NCBI RefSeq assembly: GCF_044704955.1
Contig: NC_091979.1
Coordinates: forward strand, 250,604,001 to 250,668,000
Source of the DNA: Pristiophorus japonicus
Lineage: Eukaryota
DNA length: 64,000 nt
Direction: 5' to 3'
The translations under genes and the position numbers were made by a program. The notes under the pieces are model-generated. The model had not been told where the DNA came from and ran no database searches. It worked only from the letters and a program-made list of their open reading frames with translations. Below are positions 26,266 through 37,441 of this stretch, one piece after another (the first letter of the stretch is position 1; each line of letters opens with the position of its first letter).

Positions 26266-26698
26266 TGTCAGCTGTGGTTCCAGTGGGTAGCAACCTCGCC
26301 TTTGAGTCAGAAGGTTCTGGGTTCAAGTCCCACTCCAGAGACTTGAGCACATAAATCTAGTGCAGTATTGAGGGAGTGGTGCACTGTCGGAGGTGCTGTA
26401 TTTCAGATGGGACATTAAACCCTCTCAGGTGGACGTAAAAGATCCTGTGGCACTGTTTCGAAGGAGAGCAGGGGCGTTATCCCTGATGTCCTGGCCAATA
26501 TTTATCTTTCAATCAACATCAGTAAAAGCAGATTATTAGCACACTGCCATGTGTGGGATTTTTCTGTGTGCAAATTGGCTGTCGGGTTTCCCACATTACA
26601 ACAGTGACTACACTTCAAAAAGTACTTCATTGGCTGTAAAGCACTTTGGGACATCCTGAGGTTGTGAAAGGCACTACGTAAAAGTAAGTCTTTCTTTC
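26266..26698 (+). mobile_element. SacSINE1-like Deu-domain SINE, full length
   Basis: tRNA-like head with A and B boxes, Deu core, L2-like tail. Confidence 0.85.
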
Positions 26699-27420
26699 AG
26701 GTGAGAGCTCACTCAGAGGTCGGGTACTTCCCCACAGGGAGGGAGCGAATACTAGAGATGGAGACACTTGGGCCACTCGACTGTTAATGTCTGGTTTTCT
26801 TTTTTTTTTAAATTGTCCTGTGAAGCATTATTTTGGAATTTCCTAAGATGGCTGCTTTTTTTTTTCCAGTCAACAAGTTTAAAAAAAATAATTGCCGCAA
26901 TGTTGTTAATTAAAATATCTTCAGTGCCTGGGTGATATGGGTTTGTTTCCATCTCAACAATCCTCCAAGAGGCAGTCATGATGAGTGGCACTCTGGGCAA
27001 GTGTTGCTGGAAATTGAGGGTGCCTGGGTATTGGCCGAGACCAACATTAGGCTGACTTTGATGAGTGTGCCCCCATTGCCAAATAGCACGTGGATACTCG
27101 GGATTAAATTCCTCCAAGTGAAAAAAGGGGATGAATACTTGTTTCCTCAATAATTCGTAACACTAACAAAATTGGATTCTCGGAGATTGCATGTTTCAAA
27201 GCCATTACCTGCACGTTCCTGTGATTTCAGGAACAGATTGTTAATCGTTAAGAAAAATAGGCATTGTCCTAAATTTTTGTTCAAAAATGAATTTTGGGCT
27301 CACTGCCTAGACTTGTACATGAAACAGTTAGATGAGCTATTCAAAGGCCTGTTGATACCCAGGTATCCCAGCATAAGACAGCACTGTTTGAAGAGGGGGA
27401 AGAAATTAAATTATTTTTTA

Positions 27421-27965
27421 AGAACATAAGAAATAGGAGCAGGAGTAGGCCATATGGCCCCTCGAGCCTGCTCCACCATTTAATATGATCATGGCTGATC
27501 CAATCATGGACTCAGGTCCACTTCCTTGCCCGCTTCCCATAACCCTTTATTCCCTTATCGTTTAAGAAACTGTTTATTTCAGGTCTTAAATTTATTCAGT
27601 GACCCAGCTTCCACAGCTCTCTGAGGCAGCGAATTCCACAGATTTACAATCCTCAGAGAAGAAATTTCTCCTCATCAGTTTTAAATGGGCGGCCCCTTAT
27701 TCTAAGATTATACCCTCTAGTTCTAGTCTCCCCTATCAGTGGAAACATCCTCTGCATCCACTTTGTCAAGGCCCCTCAATCTTGTATGTTTCGATAAGAT
27801 CACCTCTCATTCTTCTGAATTCCAATGAGTAGAGGCCCAACCCCCTCATCTCCAGAATCAACCTATTGAACCTTTTATTAATTGCCTCCAAAGCATTTCT
27901 TAAATATGGAAACCAAAATTGTATGCAGTATTCCAAGTGAAGCCTCACCAATACCCTGTATAACT
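27421..27965 (-). mobile_element. CR1 3' fragment
   Basis: AGAACATAAGAAATAGGAGCAGG tail; minus ORF LYRVLVRLHLEYC...RRMRGDLIETYK. Confidence 0.85.
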
Positions 27966-28180
27966 GTCGTATAGTAGGATGTGCATTCATCCCCACAATT
28001 CTCTACATGATTTATTGAAGGAGGCACTTTGCCAATGAGAGGGGAAAAATCACTGGAGGATCCCCTGGTGCTCTTCACTCCTGGCATGTTGTGGAATATT
28101 ATACTGAGCAGAGGATTGGGAACAGGCTGCTTCCATTCCCCTCTCCAGCCCCACTAAGGCTGTAAATAACTCATGATGCA

Positions 28181-28645
28181 GTGTCAGTTGTGGCTCAGCG
28201 TAGGGGTGAAGAGGAAAGGGGGAGGCAGCATTCTCACCTATGAGTCAGAAGGTTGTGGGTTCAAGTCTCACTCCAGAGACTTGAGCTCATAAATCTAAGC
28301 TGACACTCCAATACAGTGCTGAGGGAGTGCTGCACTGTCAGTGGTGCCATCTTTCTGATGAGAGGTTAAACAAAGGTCTGCTCTCTCAGATGGATATAAA
28401 GATCCCATGGCACTATTTAAGAGCAGGGGAGTTATCCCCAGTGTCCTGGTCAATATTTATCCCTCAATCAACATCACTAAAACAGATTATCTGGTCATTA
28501 TAACATTGCTGTTTGAGGGAGCTTGCTGTGCGCAAATTGGCTGCCGCGTTTCCTACATTACAACAGTACTTCATTGGCTATAAAGCGCTTTGGGAGATCT
28601 GGTGGTCGAGAAAGGTGCTATAGAAATGCAAGTCTTTCTTTTTTA
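28181..28645 (+). mobile_element. SacSINE1-like Deu-domain SINE
   Basis: Colinear with the other copies. Confidence 0.85.
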
Positions 28646-29119
28646 ACTAAAAGTGCAAAAAATAACTTTTTTTTTTTTAAATGGAGGGTTGAGGGGAAGA
28701 AAGCCTTCTTAGAAACATCCACTTCTCTAATTCTGCTGTATAATGTACAAATTTTTCATTTCCCCAAATGTTACATGGTACAATGCAAGTCAGGAGTCGA
28801 GATTACTACAATATGCAACAAATATTGACAGTTAATAGTCTTTACAAGTGAGACTGTGAGCTTAGTTACAAGTTGCTGAGGTGAGATTAAAGCCTGCAGT
28901 GAGGGTGTGGAATGAGTCAACGAGCAAAGTTGAAATAAAGAGTATTTTTTTTAATTAAACAGAGGTGCATTGAAAAAAATTTTTTTTTTTTTTAAAAACA
29001 CACACTCATTGTTTCACTTTAGTCAAAAAGAACATTTTATATATTGACCTTATGAAACATAAAACTTGATACTTTTGTGGTTGACCACGAGAGCTGGTAT
29101 TGCAGAGAGAACCGGCATG

Positions 29120-29260
29120 ATCTTACGTTACTGTGCCAGCCAATGGATCCGTTGAATGCTCTGTGTGTGAGTTGAGACATGGGCGCTTAAATGTCACATA
29201 GTGGCGCGCTGGAGTCGACAATATAAAAAAAAGAGGCGGCAGTACCGCGTCCTGGGAGCA
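29120..29260 (+). promoter_or_regulatory. Putative promoter of the upstream (exon 0) isoform
   Basis: TTACGTTA (29123), CCAAT (29140-29144), TATAAAA (29222-29228), local CpG enrichment upstream of exon 0. Confidence 0.55.
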
Positions 29261-29362
29261 TTTTCTGCTGGATTGGACCAGGCGCTGAGACTCGCGGGAA
29301 TCGCTCAATAACTCTATTCATCCCCGGCACCAGACACAGACAGGCTGAGCCTCACATGTGTA

Positions 29363-29365
<3 letters not shown>

Positions 29366-29393
<28 letters not shown>
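29366..29393 (+). repeat. (GA)n microsatellite abutting the uORF ATG
   Basis: Direct reading. Confidence 0.95.
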
Positions 29394-29396
<3 letters not shown>

Positions 29397-29435
29397 GGAA
29401 AACGCGGAAGGCCCAGGAAAGACGTGCAATTATAA
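29394..29435 (+). other. 13-codon uORF MGKRGRPRKDVQL*, matching the MXI1-0 N-terminus (AT-hook-like RGRP)
   Basis: Manual translation; TAA at 29433-29435; out of frame with the SID-coding part of the exon. Confidence 0.75.
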
Positions 29436-29508
29436 TTGCCTGTCATTTATCTCCAGCCCTCTGATCAGCAGCAAGCCGCTTCTGTAACTCGGCTGGGATC
29501 TCGCAGCA

Positions 29509-29641
29509 ATGTCGCGATTCCCTCTCAATAACATCCTGAATACAGAAGAGTCTGTGGACCAGATCAACACTTTTCTGCAAAGTGTTCAAATCCTCCTGGA
29601 AGCGGCCAGTCACTTAGAAAGGACCGAGACGGAAAACGAGA
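29509..29641 (+). CDS. MXD1: Alternative first coding exon (exon 0, MXI1-0-like SID) of the MXD-family gene
   Basis: [44 protein letters not shown] aligns with human MXI1-0 ...[44 protein letters not shown]; phase-1 donor A|GTAAGT joins exon 2 in frame (K-AEHGY). Confidence 0.75.
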
Positions 29642-30688
29642 GTAAGTGCGGGGCATTAATCCTGACCGTCTGAAACTGACATGGAAATATACACGCGTTA
29701 GTTTAAAAAAAAAATCACATCAGATTTTCTACTGACTGCTTTTCGATGTGGCTGAACTGCAGAACACAGGACAAACTTAAGTTAACTATTTAGTCATCGA
29801 CTGAAACTAAAGTTTCTGTGGGATTAACGTGTCAGATTTTTTTTATCCTCTCTCCACAGCACAGGTGTATGATCCACAAAGCAACTAAAAACATAGATCA
29901 AATATTTTTTTTTAAAGAGTTAGGAGAATATTGCATTGTGTTTTCGGATACAATTATTTTTTGGGAAAAAAAGCTTAATTTTAATTGGAGGCGGGAGGTA
30001 TAGATAATGATATATTATATGAATATAAACATTCTAAATATAATTTTACACTTTATTGGAAAGTTTGAGTATTTAAAATGTATAATAAATGGAAGGTAGA
30101 AAACAAACTCTAGGCACGCTACACAAAGAAAGACGACACTCAGGCATCCTGTATAATTAACATCTGGTCGCTGTTTTTCCCCTTTGAACAGATCAAATGT
30201 GAACATTTAGTGATTCCTATCTCAGAGTCACTGTTCTCCATTAGTGTAATGATAATATTCACAGTAAAGATTTTTTAAAAAACGGGTTGGACTTCTAGAT
30301 CCGTTTGAAACCAGCGAATAAAAGGTGGTAAAATAAAAACTCCTTTGCTTTTGTAACTGGAAAAAAAAAATCACACAATCAGTCTCGTGTTAATGTCCCG
30401 TGCTCTTTTAATCTCAGAAACGTGTTGGAAGGCGATGGGACAAATATCCTCTGCTGTTAAACTCCCTGCCCTATCTCCCCCAGACAATTCTGTGCATCAT
30501 TACACAACACAGACAGGCACATAAAGTGCAGCCCTGCAACATGAGGTGCCTTTCCTTCGAATAATCAGGATCCCTTTGATACTAGTTTTTTTAAAAAAAT
30601 GTTCGGTATCACTGGCTGGCGAGTCCAGCCGTGGTTTTGAGTACGTGATGACAGGTAATTTCTCAGTGCAACAGGGCATAAAATACGT

Positions 30689-31268
30689 GGGGCTAGAAAT
30701 TGCATTGGCTTACACTGGGCGGTATGGGCCATTGTGGGCGATAACCAGGTTGGCGAGAAATTGCCCAGTTGAGTTACGCCGGCAGTTTTGAGATACCGCT
30801 GGGGAGCGGAGTGCACCGTCCTCAGATCGCCCTGGCGCGATATTTGGCTCAGCGGTGACCCATAAGTAAGTATGAAAAAAAACGTCCACGAGAATCAGGT
30901 GAGTAGCTCTGCAAGAAAAAGGTTAGTAATTGGTTTTTTTACTCATTATTTTAAAATTCTTTTGTGCGCTGATTTGTTAAAGGGGTCTTGAGAATGTTTA
31001 TATGATTTTTTTTATGTTCTGTTTTTTGAAAAAATATTTTTAGTGTTTTTCTCCTCTTAGGCCCAACCCACAGCCTTGGGGTAAATTTTTGGTGAATTTT
31101 TTATTTATCGTCCATTTTCTTTAGGAACTGCTCAATTGACCCAAAATTCCACGCATTTTTTTTTGGGGGGGGGGGGGGTTAAGTTTTCGCCAGCGATAAT
31201 CTTGGGAATCTTAGCGGCCTTTTGGGCGGCAATTGGGCGCTGGCAGGTTGATAGGAAATTCTAGCCCT
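30689..31268. mobile_element. Non-autonomous TIR element (PIF/Harbinger-like)
   Basis: GGGGCTAGAAATT ... AAATTCTAGCCC termini. Confidence 0.65.
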
Positions 31269-33651
31269 TGATCGCCACATGCTTTGAAAAGCACAGGCAA
31301 GTGATACACAGTCATGTGTTGTAATAAGCAACAGATGTCTGAGTCTCTCTCCCCCAGGTAACAATACACCCCTAAACAATCAAATTTACCTGCATTCTGC
31401 ACATTAATTTATTTTAAAAATAATAATCCAATTAGATTGTTGTTTTTTTTTCCTCAGTAGGATATTACGCTTTAGTAAAATGTCACAATGACAATCACAA
31501 CAGGCGAAAGCAAACAATAACTCTTGTGCATTTAGCCCCCGTTTAAAGATGGTGCATGGGGAAGGTCTTTGTACCAAAATGCTTACTGCCCCTAGTTACT
31601 AGTCAACACAAGATTAACTAAACAGACTTGGGCCAGTTATTAACAGAGAACCAGTGCCCTCTGTTTCTCCCTATACAGTTCCTTCCTGATAGGATACAGT
31701 TTACTAATAACAAAGGTTGCTAGATGTAATGAGGGGGAGAACCCACTGTCTGCATGGCGTGAATCAGTGTATGTTTAGTCCCGTTTAGAGTTATGCTTCA
31801 GTCAAGTCAGACTCCACAAAACTAACGAGGTTTTTCTTTGCTTTAGCAGTTTCAAAATTACTACAGGTTAATCTGCATGATTTCTCAACAGTTCAATTCT
31901 TGGCAACTTAAAATGGTAATTGTATGCATCTGAGAAAATTGCATCAACTGTTAAAATGATACAAATGTGGTTTTAAAAAAAAAAGCCATTACTATTGATT
32001 TCACTAGAATTCAATTGAGGGAAACAACACATTTTTGACAATGAATTTGTTCTTGCAAATGTTGCTCCCTTCCCCACTCCATACACAGCAAGTTCTGTAC
32101 AGTCATTTCACCAGGCCATCATTTACGTGGCTGGTAGTTTGCTTACTAGTGAAGCTGTACAGCCTTGTGATATTCTGTAGGTTATCAGGCAGGTCGGAGT
32201 GAAATGGTTTTCATGCCTATTTTTTTCCTACTTAGCAGCATGGATGAGAGTTGATGAAACCCAATAGGGATTGGCAATGTTCAAGCTGGAGTGCTGACCA
32301 CCATCAGAACTTCACTCCAGCGCTGGGGGTTTATAATTCCAGCATCTGTGGCCTTGAATATCAAAAATATGCAACTCAAGTAGGGCATTGCTTATTCTTA
32401 TTTATTTTGGTTTTTTTCTTCTTTACGTCTTGATCTACCTCTTCTCATGCTCTCTTCAACCATGTTGGTGTCCCACACTGTGGCTCTTGGGTAGGGGTGC
32501 ATTTACACTAGAAGTTTAGCATTGGTGTGAGGCAGATTTATCTTTACACTAAAACCTGCAAAGTGTAAGTCCAGAGTTAAGACTACGCCTGACTCCAGAG
32601 GGAGCTAGTGAAATTCCTTCTTCCAGGATTTAGGCTACATTTATATTATATCTGTGATGTTAGTGAAGCAAAAATACATCGCACTTGTAATGTAAATATG
32701 GCTTGGGTTTCTCCATTATAATATGTGCATTGGTTCATGTACGCATTTTGAGATCAACAGAAATAAAAAAAATCAGGAGAGAGAGAGAGAGAGAGAGAGT
32801 ATACAAGGGATGGTGGATTCGATATTGCCCAAAGTAAAAAAAAAAGTGTTTCCCCACAGAAACAAAAGAGAGAGAAAAAAATCAATCTAGGCCATGTTTA
32901 AAACACCTCCCAGTGATTGCTCCTGAAAGCCACAGGCTGAGGCCTACAGCAGGTGCTCTGTCTGCATGGCCTGAATCAGGAACAAAAATGCATTTAAAAT
33001 GGGAGACAGTGTAATTGGTTGAAGCACAGATTAAACTGGTATTAATGAATCATCTGAATTTGTATTTCCTTAACTTTCCTCCCCTCTTGAAAATTCTGAC
33101 TCACGGTAGGATGATACATTAGCCAATAACCACATGTGGCTAATTGGGAATCCAAATGTGGATAATTGCATTCGATTAGTAAATAAAAAAATGAGTTATA
33201 GACTGTCATTTGGCATGTTATCTCAGTACTCATATTCACATAGTATATTCTCGTGAACTTTAATTTTTTTGTGTACGTTTGTTGGTAAAATGGAGAGATA
33301 AAAAGCAGTGTGCACATGGTTTTTGATCACGGCGTACTTTATTTCCATGGTTACTGAATGGTGGTGGGGGTTATGTAACTATACACGTTAAGTAAATTTA
33401 CCTGTATTGTGTGCGTGTGTACAAGGCCTTTTCTACTAATATTAGTGCACGTGGCTAAAACAGAGTAGCCATATGCATAACCTCTGGTTAGTCAGCAATT
33501 TCTATTGGGCAACATTCCCACAGGCACTGGCAGTCATTACTTCACCCAAGTGGCCATTCCTCATGCAAGAGCTTGGAAAGTGAATGTTGGCAGACGATTT
33601 ACCTGAGGGAGGTATTACAGCAAAGCATGAGCCCAAGATCGACTCGGCAGT

Positions 33652-34045
33652 TACTTGAGCACAAAAATCTAGGCTGACTGACACTCCAGTGCAGTGCTGA
33701 GGGAGCCCTGCACTGTCGGAGACACCATCTTTCGGATGGGACATTAATCGAGGCCCCGTCTGCTCTCTCAGATGGACGCAAAAGATCCCATGGAACGATT
33801 TTGAAGACGAGCAGGGGAGTTATCCCCGGTGTCCTCGCCAATATTTATCCCTCAATCAACATCTAAAAATTAGATTATCTGGTCATTAACGCATCGCTGT
33901 TTGAGAGAGCTTACTGGGTGAAAATTGGCTGCCGCATTTCCAACATTACAACAGTGATTACACTGCAAAAAGTACTTCATTGGCTGTAAAGCGCTTTGGG
34001 ACATCCAGTGGTTGTGAAAGGTGCTATAGAAATGCAGGTTTCTTT
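33652..34045 (+). mobile_element. SacSINE1-like SINE lacking its tRNA head
   Basis: Starts ACTTGAGCACAAAAATCTAGGCTGAC; Deu core and tail present. Confidence 0.85.
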
Positions 34046-35620
34046 TTTCCCCCTTTTATTCTCACCCAATAGCCACACACATGCACAATTTTTTAGCAGA
34101 AGTCACTGGGTCTGTTTTTTTCCCTCTCCTGCATGAGGCTGATTGGCCATAATTATAACATTAATATAACTGCATATTAGCATGTTTAAAAAAAAATGAA
34201 ATTGCTTAGTCATTCCCATTTTGAAACATGTTTTCTCATCCTTCAATAGGACAGACTGGTGCCCTTCTTTCAAACCACGAGCATTGCTCCTTCTAAAAAG
34301 TAGTGTTCTGAATATTGGTCTAATCCTGCAAATAAATAGCCTAAATAGTTACATTGTGTGGCCAATTAGAGGCTAATTGCTGAGGTAAATTTCTACATTG
34401 ACAACTGTTTATAAACTCCCAGCTCCTGCCCCTGGGCTAAGGCCATGTTATCAAGGTCAGAAAAACAAAGTAGAACATGTCTGGCTTTCTATCCCATTTT
34501 TAAATACTTTTTTCCACTAACATTGTTTTGGAGCGGAAGAGTGATTATCTGACATATACATTGTTGTATAAACTGATTTTGATTTATACATAATTATGAC
34601 AATCTATATGTACTGTGATAATAAAATGAATTGCAACAAAATTAAACAGCTAGCCAAATGTACCTGCATTTCATTAATTAACTATTTGGATAGAGGCTGA
34701 AAAATTACATAAACAGGAGGGCTGGAGAGTACAAATATCCATTGTGCTCCAAAGGGGATCTAAAAAAATCACTTCGAACTCTCAAGGCTAGCAAAACTTC
34801 CTATGCCATAGCAGAACCAATTAGGGGAAATATTCTAAAGTTTCAATTTCCTATTGAAAATACATTTGCAGCAGGACTGGGTACAAATATAAACATTTGG
34901 AACAAAATAGTGCTAAAGAGCTGCCAACATCTCATTTTCTCTCCACACACACATTAAAAAAATCAATTATGTTGTGTTTTATTGGATGTGGGTAGTCATG
35001 GGTCACGATGATTTTGCTTTTATGTAAAATAATAATAATTCCTTTGAGAAGTTGTGGCTCAGCACCAGCTTGTTGATATCAAAGACACTCCCAAAAGTAG
35101 AATCAACATTTAAAATATTCACAACCTTTGTTGTCAATTGATTAGGTTCTTGCTTAACTATTATAAAACAAGATTCCAAAAGCTGCCGCCAACTATGGAC
35201 TACAAATGTCTTTAGAGATGACTATCTGAAGACTTTTCTGGATAAGCATCACATCTCTCAAACATCGCATATCAAGTACACAAACACAACATAGCATAGC
35301 AATGAGATGCATGGCCAGTTAATCTGTTTTTGAGCTGTTATTTGAAGCTGGCATGTTGGCCAGCATCCAGAAAATGTCACAGGATCTTTAACATTTACCT
35401 GCAACGCTGAAACAGGCATAAGAGGTGTTCAGTTTAATATCTCATCTGAAGAAAAGTACAAACTTCTGTCTAAAAGGCAAGAAAGAATGCTGCCAAATTG
35501 AACCAAACTGCAAAATGTGCATTAGCATCAATATTTAATACAAAAAACTGGTATTTCCAGCATTTACTATTTTTGTTTTACATAAAAATGATGCTCCCAG
35601 TTTTGAGGAAGTAACTTTGT

Positions 35621-36080
35621 GTGTCAGCTGTGGCTCAGTGGGTAGCTTATCGCCTGATTCAGAAGGTTGTGGGTTGGAGGTCTCACTCCAGAGATTGAGC
35701 ACAAAAATCTAGGCCGTCATTCCAGTGCAGTGCTGAGGGAGTGCTGCACTTTCAGAGGTGCTGTCTTTCAGGTGAGATGTTAAACTGAGGCCCCATCTGC
35801 CCTCTCAGGTGGACTAAAGAATCCCTTGGCATTATTTCAAAGAAGAGCAGGGGAATTCTTCCCGGTGTCCTGGCCAATATTTATCCCTCAATCAACATAA
35901 CAAAAACATTATCTGGTCATTATCACATTGCTGTTTGTGGGAGCTTGCGGTGTGCATATTGCTGCTGCATTTCCTACATTACAACAGTGACTACACTGCC
36001 AAAAAAAGGTACCTCTTTGGCTGTAAAGTGCTTTGGGACGTCCGGTGGTCGTGAAAGGCGCTATATAAATGCAGGTCTTT
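35621..36080 (+). mobile_element. SacSINE1-like SINE, full length
   Basis: Colinear with the other copies. Confidence 0.85.
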
Positions 36081-36249
36081 TGTATACTGATTACAAGGAT
36101 ATGACAGTCCAATCTTTTGACAGATCTAAAAATAAAGCTATCCAATTTACTGCAACAAAGTTTTCAATATTAATACATTCGTTACTTTCAGTAACAAATT
36201 GTATTGGAGGCACGAAGTTGCACTTGTATAAGAGTGAATGAAACCCACC

Positions 36250-36850
36250 TGTGCACCGTCGCGGTATTGCTCCCGTGCAAGCTTGCTTTTGTCTTTTAAA
36301 TTTCCCGGGGCTGGACGCACACGAAGACGCCTGCGTCCCCTGTGACACCCGGATGTGCTCCCCGACATGTGCTTTTCACATGTTAGAAAAAAAGCCGAGC
36401 CACCGATTGGGCACGGCACTGCAGACGTCACGAGGTAGACCCCGCCCTCTCCGGGCGGAGCTCCACCAACGAGGAAAAAGCCACTCTCCTCCTGTGACGT
36501 AACGTGTTGCCAGGTTCGCTCGCACTTGCTGGCAGATCAGGAGGGCGTGGGGGGGCTCGATCGTCGACGTAGGGTGGGGGGGCCGGGGCATTGTGGGAAG
36601 TGCAGTCCGCCCACCCGACTCGGCTGGGCGGACGGGCGCGAAGAAGAACTATATTTCCCGGCATGCAGTGAGCGCGGCAACAGTGAGGGCGGGCGGGGTG
36701 AACGAGAGAGGGAGAGCCTAGCGGTGATGGACGCCTGCGCAATGGAGCGGCTCTGTTGAAGCCGTCCTCCTCGATATATCCTGAGGTAAACAAACTTGGA
36801 CTGAGAGAGAGTGAGAGGAGGGTCGGCTGCTCGCACATCGCTCGCTTTTT
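36250..36850 (+). promoter_or_regulatory. CpG-island promoter / 5' UTR of the exon 1 isoform
   Basis: CpG-dense island in AT-rich surroundings; reverse CCAAT (ATTGG ~36406), CRE-like GACGTCA (~36424) and TGACGTAA (~36495), several GGGCGG boxes. Confidence 0.75.
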
Positions 36851-37013
36851 CCCCCTTTTTTAGCCTTTCATTTTTTTATTTAAGCATTTTTTTCCTTTTT
36901 TAAAAAATAAAATCCACCCTTTTTTACTTTTTTTTTTACATGTATTGTGTGTATATATAATAATTATATATATATATATACACACACATACACACACGAC
37001 CGAATTATAAATA

Positions 37014-37086
37014 ATGAACGCAGTACAATTAATCAACATCCAGAGATTGATAGAAGCAGCCGACTATTTAGAGAGGAGAGATCGAG
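37014..37086 (+). CDS. MXD1: MAX dimerization protein (MXD1-like) exon 1, Sin3-interaction domain
   Basis: MNAVQLINIQRLIEAADYLERRDR; 73-nt coding length and phase-1 GT donor, consistent with MXD1/MXI1 first exons. Confidence 0.88.
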
Positions 37087-37353
37087 GTAAACAAAAAAAA
37101 GAACATTCCCGGGATTTGCGAATAAAGAAATCCGATTAATTATTATTTATTTATTTAAAAAAATTCAAATCGCCAAGAGTTCCAACTGCCATTAACCGCA
37201 GTGGAAGAAGCAGCAAACAGCAACAACCCTCGAACGCTTACAAAAATATCGCTCCCTCTCTGAAGATTTATATCTCTTTTTAACATAAACTGCAGTAGTA
37301 CATTTAAAAAGCAAAAAAATACCAACGTGAACTTGTTTTTGTTTTCCTTTCAG

Positions 37354-37441
37354 AAGCTGAGCACGGATATGCCTCGACGTTACCCTGCACTGTCGAGGCG
37401 ACGAGGAAGAAAATGAAAACCAAAAAGAATTCGAGCAATAG
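37354..37441 (+). CDS. MXD1: MXD1-like exon 2
   Basis: Polypyrimidine-CAG acceptor; (E)AEHGYASTLPCTVEATRKKMKTKKNSSN(R); 88 nt, AG|GTAAAA donor; short linker resembles MXD1 more than MXI1. Confidence 0.9.

Noticed and set aside
29424-29456. 33-nt GT..AG micro-intron that might rescue the MGKRGRPRK frame
   Set aside because: Too short for the spliceosome and frame-preserving; translation would still stop at TAA near 29529 without reaching the SID frame.
36428-36838. Several 70-136 aa ORFs in the CpG island
   Set aside because: Expected from high GC content; no recognisable homology.
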